64,000 nt of DNA. It comes from an uncultured Acidobacteriaceae bacterium (lineage in GTDB: Bacteria; Acidobacteriota; Terriglobia; Terriglobales; Acidobacteriaceae). The stretch covers positions 65,407 to 129,406 of the forward strand of contig CAVQWB010000034.1 in the NCBI GenBank assembly GCA_963717225.1, read 5' to 3'. A model generated the notes under the pieces. It had not been told where the DNA came from and made no database searches. It saw nothing but the letters and a program-made list of their open reading frames with translations. A program made the translations under genes and the position numbers. Below, one piece after another: positions 20,321-28,673 of the stretch (positions are counted from its first letter, which is position 1; each line of letters begins with the position of its first letter).

Positions 20321-20346
20321 CTTGTCCCCGTCATGATGGGGACAAG
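20321..20346 (+). terminator. stem-loop after the small ORF
   Basis: CTTGTCCCC-GTCATGAT-GGGGACAAG forms a 9-bp GC-rich stem. There is no clear T tract afterwards. Confidence 0.35.
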
Positions 20347-20484
20347 GGTTCCTGTCGAAGATAGGTCCCGCTGGGTGTGTTGGTGAACGTGCTCGCCCGC
20401 GCCCGCGGATCATCCAGATAGGCATCGCCAGGACGAACGCTTCACAACGCTGTTTTTCGTCACGCTCGTGACGGGGAGGTCGAT

Positions 20485-22779
20485 GTGTTTATGCGCAAGG
20501 TGGCAGGGTCTTTCCCGCTCGCACTCCTGTATGTATTTCTTTTCCCCATATCGTATGCACACGCCACAGTTTTTGGCGAAGTCCAGGGTATAGTTCATGA
20601 TCCGCAACATCGGCCTATCAACGGCGCTACCGTGGTCCTGAAGAGTTCTACGTCGGCCCTGAGCCAATCGATGACGACAGACCAGGAGGGGGCGTTCCGC
20701 TTTCAGACCGTACCGTTCGGCGATTATGTCATTACGGTTTCCCAACCCGGCTTCGCCTCGCTAACCCAACCGGTCGCGCTCGCGTCGGGCACATCGCCTA
20801 TCCTGCACTTCGAGCTGCCTATAGAGACGGTTAAAGAATCAATCTCGATCGTCGGCCAAGCGAGTGGCGTGAACATCGACTCCGTGACGCCCACGACGAC
20901 AGTGAACCGCGAGGACATCGAGCGGACACCCGGAGCGGACCGCAGTTACGGAATGGAGATGATCACCGACTATGTTCCCGGCTCTTATATGACTCATGAC
21001 ATGCTTCACATGCGCGGCGGGCACCAGGTGAGTTGGCTGATTGATGGCATCGAAATCCCCAATACAAATATTGCCAGCAACCTCGGCCCTCAGATCGATC
21101 CTAAGGACATCGATTACCTGGAAGTCCAGCGCGGTAGCTACAACGCGGACGTCGGCGATCGCACGTACGGCGTCTTCAACGTTTCGCCTCGCACCGGCTT
21201 CGAACGAAACCGCCAGGCGGAACTGGTGCTCAGCGCGGGTAACTTCTGGCAGACGAACGCTCAGTTGAACTTTGGCGACCATTCAGAGAAGTTTGCCTAC
21301 TACGCCAGCGTTAACGGCAATCGCACCGACTATGGCCTGGCCCCGCCGGTTGGGCAGATCTTCCATGACGCGGCCAACGGTTACGGTGGATTCGTATCTC
21401 TCATCGACAACCGGACACCGCATGATCAACTCCGTCTCATTAGCCAGCTCCGCACCGATTACTTTCAGATTCCTTACGATCCGGATCCCGACAGCTATGG
21501 AAACCAGTTGATTCCCTCGTACGATCTTCGCGATGGCCAACATGAGACGGACGGTATGGTCGCCTTTACCTGGGCGCATACCTTCAATGCTTCAACCCTG
21601 CTCGAGGTTTCGCCCTTTTACCACTACAACAAAGCCGACTACGAATCCAAGCCAAACGACTTTCCCGTTGCCACAACTTCGGATCGCGCCTCCAATTACG
21701 GTGGTGTCCAGGCAAACATCACGACGAATATTGCCAGGAATACCATCCAGGGCGGCTTCTATAGCTGGGGTCAACATGATAGTTACGTTTTTGGCTCGAT
21801 TTTTAACGATGCCAGCTATACCAATTTCAGCATTCCCGATTCCGCAACGGGGGGTCTCATTGAGGAATACATATCAGACAACTTCAAGGCCACTCCTTGG
21901 CTTACGGTCATCGGCGGCCTGCGCCAGGCGAACTTTATTTCCAGCTTCACCGAAAATGAGGTTGATCCCCGCGTAGGCATCGCGGTAGAGATCCCCAAGC
22001 TGCACTGGGTGTTTCGCGGATTCTATGGACGCTTTTACCAGCCCCCGCCGCTCTTGACCGCATCGGGACCCGTAGTGGATTATGCCAATGCAAACGACAC
22101 CAGCTTCGTTCCTCTGCATGGCGAGCGGGATGAGGAGTACCAGTTTGGCGTGCAGATCCCTTTTAAGGGCTGGCTCCTGGATGCGGATACCTTTCAGAAT
22201 CGAGTCAACAACTTTCTTGACCACTCAAATATAGGAGCCTCGAGCATTTATTATCCCGTCACTGTGGACGGGGCATTGGTCCAGGCCTGGGAACTGACCC
22301 TGCATTCGCCGCGCATCTGGCGCTTCGGCCAAGCTCATCTTGCGTATTCCAACCAGATCGCGCAGCAGCGGGGAAACATCACAGGCGGCCTCATCTGCAT
22401 TCCGATTGGATCGCCCGCATGCGACGCGGGTTTCGACTACACGCCGGTGGACCACGATCAGCGCAACACGCTCAACCTCGGCTTCAACGCCACGCTGCCG
22501 TGGCATGTGGAGGGCTCGACCAACGTCTACTACGGCTCTGGCTTTAGCAACGGGTATCCTGGTCCGCCGTCGCCCTACTCCGGGGACTACCTTCCCGGGC
22601 ACACGACGTTCGACCTGTCTCTGCGAAAGAAATTCAGCGACAACCTCTCTGTATCGGCGACCGCACTGAATGTTGCCAACCGGAGGCTGCTCCTCGACAA
22701 CAGTCTCACCTTCGGCGGTTTTCACTACAACGATCCGCGCCAGATCTATGGAGAGGTGCGCTACCGATTCCACTTTTGA
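20485..22779 (+). CDS. TonB-dependent receptor with CarboxypepD_reg N-domain
   Basis: Intact 764-aa ORF. GGGGAGG lies upstream of GTG 20485 (ATG 20491 is an alternative start). The product has a signal peptide, then VFGEVQGIVHDPQHRPINGATVVLKS..., a plug (VNREDIERTPGA...LHMRGG...WLIDGIEI), and a barrel ending YGEVRYRFHF. Confidence 0.88.
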   Translation: MFMRKVAGSFPLALLYVFLFPISYAHATVFGEVQGIVHDPQHRPINGATVVLKSSTSALSQSMTTDQEGAFRFQTVPFGDYVITVSQPGFASLTQPVALASGTSPILHFELPIETVKESISIVGQASGVNIDSVTPTTTVNREDIERTPGADRSYGMEMITDYVPGSYMTHDMLHMRGGHQVSWLIDGIEIPNTNIASNLGPQIDPKDIDYLEVQRGSYNADVGDRTYGVFNVSPRTGFERNRQAELVLSAGNFWQTNAQLNFGDHSEKFAYYASVNGNRTDYGLAPPVGQIFHDAANGYGGFVSLIDNRTPHDQLRLISQLRTDYFQIPYDPDPDSYGNQLIPSYDLRDGQHETDGMVAFTWAHTFNASTLLEVSPFYHYNKADYESKPNDFPVATTSDRASNYGGVQANITTNIARNTIQGGFYSWGQHDSYVFGSIFNDASYTNFSIPDSATGGLIEEYISDNFKATPWLTVIGGLRQANFISSFTENEVDPRVGIAVEIPKLHWVFRGFYGRFYQPPPLLTASGPVVDYANANDTSFVPLHGERDEEYQFGVQIPFKGWLLDADTFQNRVNNFLDHSNIGASSIYYPVTVDGALVQAWELTLHSPRIWRFGQAHLAYSNQIAQQRGNITGGLICIPIGSPACDAGFDYTPVDHDQRNTLNLGFNATLPWHVEGSTNVYYGSGFSNGYPGPPSPYSGDYLPGHTTFDLSLRKKFSDNLSVSATALNVANRRLLLDNSLTFGGFHYNDPRQIYGEVRYRFHF

Positions 22780-22837
22780 TGACCCAACTCGCTGCGTCGG
22801 AAACAAACCGAAGGGGGCCCCAGCCTGCCCCGGCATG

Positions 22838-22880
22838 CCGTGGGGTCTCGCTTTTGAGACCTGGGATCCGTGCAACCAAT
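22838..22880. repeat. fragment of family C repeat
   Basis: GCCGTGGGGTCTCGCTTTTGAGACCTGGGATCCGTGCAACC contains the hairpin GGTCTC/GAGACC. The GACCTGGGATCCGTGCA core recurs at 58659-58677. Confidence 0.6.
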
Positions 22881-23070
22881 CTCGACCGGAAACCCCACTC
22901 TCCCCTTTATCTTTAGGAACGCAGCCGACCTGTCCGGCCTGCCTTGGAGGGATCTGCATTTCCGCGGACCTCTCCTGGGGAATGTTTTCGACAGATCCAA
23001 GCCGGAGTAGTGAGCCCCCCGGTTTCCAATCTCAATACCCCAGGCTCTAGGATAGAAAAAGAGAGGGAAC

Positions 23071-23982
23071 ATGCGGCAATTTGTTCGTGGAGTAAGTCGC
23101 TCCATGATCTTGTTCATATTCGGAGCGAGCCTGCTGATCGGCTGTCGTGACGGCAACCAGTCGGACGAGAAGCAGCCCACCGCGGTCAGCGACACCGCGA
23201 CCTACCAGCTGAGAGGAATTGTGGTTTCTTCCGATTCCGCAAAAGGCGTAGTCACCATCGACACCGAAGCCATCCCCGGCCTCATGGGGGCAATGACCAT
23301 GCCCTACAAACTCGCCCAGCCGGGCATAGCCACGGAGCTCCACCCGGGAGACCACGTAACCGCGATGCTGCGGATCTCATCTTCCGCAAGTGTGTTGGAT
23401 CAGATCGATGTAACCGAACAGGCCAAACCGGACTACAAGCCAGAGAAGCTCTATAACGTTCCCACACCGGGGCAGACAGTGCCCAATTTCAAGTTTCTCA
23501 ACCAAGGCGGCAAGACGATCGCGATCGAGCAATTTCGCGGCAAAGTATTGTTGGTCACCTTTATTTACACGCGCTGTCCGCTCCCCGATTACTGCATTCG
23601 CATGAGCCGCAACTTCGCCACCATCCAACACGAGCTCTCCGCCAACCCGGAACTTTACAATAAGACCCATCTGCTCAGCGTCAGCTTTGATCCTGTGCAC
23701 GACACTCCTAAAGTGCTGCGCAGCTACGGCAACTCTTACACCGGCGAACACGGCGATAAGGCGTTTTCTCATTGGGATTTCGCCGCGCCTTCCTCTTCAG
23801 AATTGGACGCGGTGGACCAATTCTTTGACGTGGGTGTGAGCCCCGGCAGCAACAGTACCCTCACCCACACACTTTCCACGGCCATCATCACGCCCAGCGG
23901 CAAGATCTTTCGTTGGTATCCGAGCAATGAGTGGAGCCCCTCCGCTGTCGTTGATGATATAAAGCAGGCCGCTGGCGAATAG
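23071..23982 (+). CDS. lipoprotein with CusF-like metal-binding domain fused to an SCO/SenC-type thioredoxin-fold domain
   Basis: Lipobox LLIGC is present. The N-domain YQLRGIVVSSDSAKGVVTIDTEAIPGLMGAMTMPYKL...GDHVTAML resembles the CusF/CusB-type MTM motif. The C-domain has FRGKVLLVTFIYTRCPLPDYC ... LTHT...IITPSGKI, arranged like SCO1/SenC. Confidence 0.75.
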   Translation: MRQFVRGVSRSMILFIFGASLLIGCRDGNQSDEKQPTAVSDTATYQLRGIVVSSDSAKGVVTIDTEAIPGLMGAMTMPYKLAQPGIATELHPGDHVTAMLRISSSASVLDQIDVTEQAKPDYKPEKLYNVPTPGQTVPNFKFLNQGGKTIAIEQFRGKVLLVTFIYTRCPLPDYCIRMSRNFATIQHELSANPELYNKTHLLSVSFDPVHDTPKVLRSYGNSYTGEHGDKAFSHWDFAAPSSSELDAVDQFFDVGVSPGSNSTLTHTLSTAIITPSGKIFRWYPSNEWSPSAVVDDIKQAAGE

Positions 23983-24133
23983 CCATTGCGTTGACTACCA
24001 CGCCAGTATTGAGCATTTTTGCTTTTGTTGTGTATAAAGCAGGAAATCCTTACGCGGGTTTTCCTCAATAAAGGCCGCCCTTCGCTAAACTAACCTGTGC
24101 AGAATAGAAGTGGGAATGCTCTGGAAGGAAGCT

Positions 24134-24646
24134 ATGATTCTCGTGCTCATGGGGGTAACCGGGTCTGGCAAGACCACAATTGGCAAACTGCTGGCTGCGG
24201 AAACGGGCTGGCGGTTTGCCGACGCCGACGACTTCCACTCCGAAGCCAACAAGGCAAAGATGCACGCCAGCATCCCGCTGACCGATGAGGATCGCAAGCC
24301 CTGGCTGGCTACCTTGCACAATCTACTGCTGGGTTGGTATGAAGCGGGAATCAGCGGCATTCTTGGCTGCTCTGCATTGAAGCAGAGCTATCGGGATGAG
24401 CTTACCCCGCAAATTCCGTCGGTCAACATTCGCTTCATCCTGCTCGACGTTTCGCGCCAGGAGCTCGAGGAGCGTCTCAAGGAACGTAAGAACCATTACA
24501 TGAGTCCACAACTCTTGCAGAGTCAACTCGACACCCTCGAACTGACCCCCGATCTCATGCGGGTCTGTGCGGAAGGGCCGCCGGAGAAGATCGTCCAGGA
24601 AATCCTGGATGAGCTTCTGACCGTGGAAGGTAAGGTCGACGTATAA
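24134..24646 (+). CDS. gntK: gluconokinase
   Basis: P-loop LMGVTGSGKTTIG, then DADDFHSEANKAKM...PLTDEDRKPWL and CSALKQSYRD. These are collinear with the GntK/IdnK family. The start is ATG 24134 or 24110. Confidence 0.85.
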   Translation: MILVLMGVTGSGKTTIGKLLAAETGWRFADADDFHSEANKAKMHASIPLTDEDRKPWLATLHNLLLGWYEAGISGILGCSALKQSYRDELTPQIPSVNIRFILLDVSRQELEERLKERKNHYMSPQLLQSQLDTLELTPDLMRVCAEGPPEKIVQEILDELLTVEGKVDV

Positions 24647-24689
24647 GGAATCCGCCCCGCTCCTTATCCGCGGAGGTAAAATCAAGGCT

Positions 24690-25298
24690 GTGAACACCGT
24701 TCTTTCAATTGAAGCAGAATTGCCCCGCAGCTTGGTCCTCGATCCTCCCCTGACCGATGCTGAGTTCGAAGCCCTCTGCGCCGCCAACGAACTCATCTAT
24801 TTTGAGCGCACGAGAGAAGGGGAAATTCTAATGCACTCACCGGCCGGAGGATTTACCAGCAGTGGAAATGCTGAAATTGTTGGGCAGCTCCGCTCGTGGT
24901 GGAAGACCCATCGGCGAGGCATGCTGTTCGATTCGAGCGGCGGGTTCTTCCTTCCCGACGGTTCCATGCTCAATCCTGATGCCTCATACGTCCTGCCGCA
25001 AAGACTAAGAGGTCTGACGAAGGATGATCTAACAGGCTTTCCCCGGCTCTGCCCAGACTTTGTTGTCGAGTTGCTCTCCGTATCGGATAGCATGTCCAAG
25101 GCCCAGCAAAAGATGGAGCGTTGGATTGAAAACGGGGCCACTCTCGGCTGGCTGATCGATCCTTACAAGAAGAAGGTCTACGTCTATGAGCCTGGCGCGG
25201 AAGCTGCCGCCATATCTGGCAATGCCGTCGACGGAAAGGGTCCCGTCGAGGGTTTCACCCTCGACCTCGACGAGCTTTGGCGGTGCTATGAGATTTGA
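24690..25298 (+). CDS. Uma2-family (DUF820) putative endonuclease
   Basis: FERTREGEILMHSPAGGFTSSGNAEI...GGFFLPDGSMLNPDASYV...CPDFVVELLSVSD matches the Uma2 restriction-endonuclease-like fold pattern. Confidence 0.8.
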   Translation: MNTVLSIEAELPRSLVLDPPLTDAEFEALCAANELIYFERTREGEILMHSPAGGFTSSGNAEIVGQLRSWWKTHRRGMLFDSSGGFFLPDGSMLNPDASYVLPQRLRGLTKDDLTGFPRLCPDFVVELLSVSDSMSKAQQKMERWIENGATLGWLIDPYKKKVYVYEPGAEAAAISGNAVDGKGPVEGFTLDLDELWRCYEI

Positions 25299-25322
25299 GC
25301 TTTTCGGAGGCGTCCGCCCCTA

Positions 25323-25697
25323 ATGGCGAAAGTCACAGTTCTCTTCGGTGTTCTTCTCATACTTCTGGGTGGGGCGAGCTTTCTTCTCACCGGCCACAAA
25401 TTTCCCACCTCGCTCATTCCGGTAGCCTTCGGAATTCTGCTGATTACCTTCGGCCGCATGGCCGAAACCCCGGTTCCAGGCCGTCGTATGTTGTTCATGC
25501 ATATTGCCGTAACGATTGGGTTGCTGGGCTTCCTCGCCACCGCTCCGGCCCTGGTTCAGGTGGTGGAACTCGTCAAAGGCAAGCCGTTCCCCTACCCGGC
25601 GGCTATTGAAGAAAAAGCAGCGATGTCGGCCCTCATGCTCATCTATGTACTACTCTGTGTGCGTTCGTTCATTGCTGCGCGCCGCACCAGGGTCTAG
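25323..25697 (+). CDS. small integral membrane protein, unknown function
   Basis: 124-aa ORF with four hydrophobic segments. No family recognised. Confidence 0.55.
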   Translation: MAKVTVLFGVLLILLGGASFLLTGHKFPTSLIPVAFGILLITFGRMAETPVPGRRMLFMHIAVTIGLLGFLATAPALVQVVELVKGKPFPYPAAIEEKAAMSALMLIYVLLCVRSFIAARRTRV

Positions 25698-25719
25698 GGG
25701 TCTAGGGGGCCTTTCCACC

Positions 25720-27609
25720 GTGAGTTTGCGATCCAGCGCCGGGGCCGGTACGTCTTTGCGGGCCGAGCGGTCGACCCGGACTGCGACCGGTGCGACAGGC
25801 GACGAGGTTAAGAAAAAAAGGCCGCCCTTGCGTAAGGTGCTGCCCGAGATCTGGACACTCATCAAGCCGCGCAGATGGCTGCTGGCGTTTGGCTTCGTGT
25901 TGATGGTCATCAATCGCGTTTCCGGGCTGGTGCTACCCGCGTCGACCAAGTTCCTGGTCGACGGCGTCCTGGTCAAAAAGCAAGCCGGCAAACTGCCCTG
26001 GATCGTCGGCGCGGTTCTTCTGGCGACAACCATACAGGCCATCACCTCATTTTCTCTGACCCAGCTACTCTCCAAAGCCGCCCAGAGGCTCATTGCAGAT
26101 CTGCGTATGCAGGTGCAGCAGCACATCGGCCGTCTTTCCGTCAGCTTCTACGACGCCACCCGCACCGGCGTCCTGGTGTCGCGCATCATGACGGACGTGG
26201 AAGGCGTACGCAACCTCATCGGCACCGGCCTGGTCGACTTTGTCGGGGGACTGTTGACCGCCGTCCTCGCCTTCTTCATCCTGATGCGCATCAGCGCCAG
26301 CATCACCCTCATCTCCTTTGCTTTCGTGCTGACCTTCGTCTTGATTCTGCGTAAAGCATTCGGTGTGATCCGTCCCATCTTCCGCGAGCGCGGCCGCATC
26401 AACGCAGAGGTCACCGGCCGGTTGACCGAATCGCTGGGCGGCGTGCGTGTGGTCAAGGGGTACCATGCGGAAGAGCGCGAAGCCGGAGTGTTCGCCACCG
26501 GCGTGGAACGGCTTTATCAAAACGTCGTGCGCTCCCTCACTGCCACCTCGCTGCTTTCGCTGGCCGCGACCGCCATTCTGGGCATCGTCGGCGCCACCGT
26601 CATGTGGCTCGGCGCCCGCCAGGAGATGGCTCACAAGATCACTCTCGGCGACTACTTCACCTACACCATGTTCCTGGCTTTCATGGTCGCGCCCGTCTTC
26701 CAGGTAGTGAACGTCGGCACCCAGCTGACTGAGGCTATCGCCGGCCTCGACCGCACCAGCGAGATCCTTGCGGAAAGAGAAGAAGACGCCGAGCCTGACC
26801 GTACCGTGACCCTGGGACCCATTGACGGCGACGTAAAATTTGAGGACGTACACTTTGCCTACGAAGCCGACAAGCCAGTTCTCCATGGCATTTCGTTCCA
26901 TGCGCGTCCAGGCACAGTCACTGCGTTAGTGGGCTCTTCGGGATCGGGCAAATCCACCATTATCAGCCTGGTCTGCGCCTTTCATAAGCCCACCTCCGGC
27001 CAGGTGCTGGTCGACGGCACCGACCTTTCGACCGTGCGCCTCAACAGCTATCGCAGCCAGCTGGGTGTGGTCCTGCAGGAATCCTTTCTCTTCGATGGCT
27101 CGATCCGCGACAATGTAGTCTTCTCTCGCCCCAACGCCACCGAAGAGCAGTTTCTCAATGCCTGCACCATTGCCCGCGTTGACGAATTCGCTACTCGCTT
27201 TCCCGAAGGCTATGACACCATCGTTGGCGAGCGGGGCGTGAAGCTATCTGGCGGTCAACGCCAGCGCCTCTCCATTGCCCGGGCAATTCTGGCCGACCCG
27301 CGCATTCTGATCCTGGATGAAGCTACGTCTTCGCTCGACTCTGAATCGGAAGCGATGATTCAGAATGGTCTCAGTTACCTTATGCAGGGGCGTACCACTT
27401 TCGTGATTGCCCACCGCCTGTCCACTATCCGCAGGGCCGATCAGATCCTGGTGGTAGAGGGTGGGCTCATTCTGGAACGCGGCACGCACACCAGCCTCTA
27501 CGCTCTCGAAGGCCGCTATCACGACCTATACACCCGGCAGCATGGCCTCGAGGCCAATCGCTTCCTTGCTCCGGGCGAAGGTGAAAAGCTCTTTGAAGAG
27601 TTGAAATAA
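25720..27609 (+). CDS. ABC transporter, fused permease/ATP-binding (exporter type)
   Basis: Six-TM exporter domain followed by Walker A GSSGSGKST, signature LSGGQRQRLSIARA and Walker B ILILDEATS. The track ORF starts at 25516, but that overlaps the previous gene. In-frame GTG 25720 is the likelier start. Confidence 0.88.
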   Translation: MSLRSSAGAGTSLRAERSTRTATGATGDEVKKKRPPLRKVLPEIWTLIKPRRWLLAFGFVLMVINRVSGLVLPASTKFLVDGVLVKKQAGKLPWIVGAVLLATTIQAITSFSLTQLLSKAAQRLIADLRMQVQQHIGRLSVSFYDATRTGVLVSRIMTDVEGVRNLIGTGLVDFVGGLLTAVLAFFILMRISASITLISFAFVLTFVLILRKAFGVIRPIFRERGRINAEVTGRLTESLGGVRVVKGYHAEEREAGVFATGVERLYQNVVRSLTATSLLSLAATAILGIVGATVMWLGARQEMAHKITLGDYFTYTMFLAFMVAPVFQVVNVGTQLTEAIAGLDRTSEILAEREEDAEPDRTVTLGPIDGDVKFEDVHFAYEADKPVLHGISFHARPGTVTALVGSSGSGKSTIISLVCAFHKPTSGQVLVDGTDLSTVRLNSYRSQLGVVLQESFLFDGSIRDNVVFSRPNATEEQFLNACTIARVDEFATRFPEGYDTIVGERGVKLSGGQRQRLSIARAILADPRILILDEATSSLDSESEAMIQNGLSYLMQGRTTFVIAHRLSTIRRADQILVVEGGLILERGTHTSLYALEGRYHDLYTRQHGLEANRFLAPGEGEKLFEELK

Positions 27610-27612
27610 ATC

Positions 27613-27990
27613 TTAGCCGTCTACAAGTGCCGCAAGTCTCTTCGGTGCAATTTGTAGATAGCTTCCACGAATCAATTCTTTGACCTCAGTCCAATTCAGC
27701 GTCGCACGATCCATGCGGAGACCAATCCATCCTCTCGACCCGATGTATGCCGGTAGATAAAACCGGCCGGGACCCGATTCGACGAGGAAATGGTTCTCAC
27801 CGGGCAGGACCTTACAGCACACGCTGATGATGTTGTCATCATGATGGTTGTTGAGGTAATAAGCGAAGGTCTTCTTGCCAACCAAAAAGGCTGCGTGCGA
27901 TCCCTTGTCTTCCCGGTTTGTCTCTGGCAGCGCCAGGCAAATCTTCGTCAGCGCGTCCAGGCGGCCTTGCCGGCTTTGTTTGTCTATCAT
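27613..27990 (-). CDS. MmcQ/YjbR-family DNA-binding protein
   Basis: 125-aa ORF whose length and pattern (LALPETNRED...HAAFLVGKKTFAY...PAYIGSRGWIGLRMD) are typical of the YjbR family. Confidence 0.7.
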   Translation of the reverse strand: MIDKQSRQGRLDALTKICLALPETNREDKGSHAAFLVGKKTFAYYLNNHHDDNIISVCCKVLPGENHFLVESGPGRFYLPAYIGSRGWIGLRMDRATLNWTEVKELIRGSYLQIAPKRLAALVDG

Positions 27991-28228
27991 AAAAATCCAA
28001 ACAAAATAGTAAGGCTACCGCTCTAAATACGCTCGCGATTATTCGCACTGGCCCGGGAGAGCTGGCAACCAGAGGAAGGCCGAGTGTCTTAAAAACGGCC
28101 ATCAGCATCAAACCGAAACAAACGGCAGCGGGGGCATCGGTTCGCACTCCAATTCAATCTAATCGGGAAATGCTGCAATCGTGGTAAGCATAGAGCGTCA
28201 CAGAAATGTTCGAAGAAAGGTATTTCTA

Positions 28229-28645
28229 ATGGGAAAAGCACTTGGCATCACACTGGAAGAAGCGCGTCACATCATCGCCGCGGCCATCAAGAAAGCGAAC
28301 GAGATCAAGGTGATGATGAACATCGCCGTAGTCGATGAGGGCGCCAATCTGGTGGCATTCGAGCGTATGGATGGAGCCTGGATTGGCAGCATCGACATTG
28401 CTCAAAAGAAAGCCTTTACCGCGCGCGCCTTCGATCTCGACACCAAGTCGCTGGGTGAGAACTCCCAGTCCGGCCAGCAATTCTTTGGTATCCACGCCTC
28501 GAACAACGGCAAGATCATGATTTTCGCCGGCGGAATTCCAATTAAGCGAGGAGGACAGGTGGTCGGCGCCATAGGTGTCAGCGGAGGCTCAGGCAAGGAT
28601 GACCACACCGTGGCTGAAGCCGGCGTAGCGGCGGCCAAGCCCTGA
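28229..28645 (+). CDS. GlcG/HbpS-like (DUF336) haem-binding protein
   Basis: ATG 28229 gives LEEARHIIAAAIKKANEI...NIAVVDEGANLVAFERMDGA...IAQKKAFTA...GGIPI...GAIGVSGG, which is characteristic of DUF336. Confidence 0.8.
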   Translation: MGKALGITLEEARHIIAAAIKKANEIKVMMNIAVVDEGANLVAFERMDGAWIGSIDIAQKKAFTARAFDLDTKSLGENSQSGQQFFGIHASNNGKIMIFAGGIPIKRGGQVVGAIGVSGGSGKDDHTVAEAGVAAAKP

Positions 28646-28673
28646 CGGCCGCAAATATCGTATGATCTGGTAA

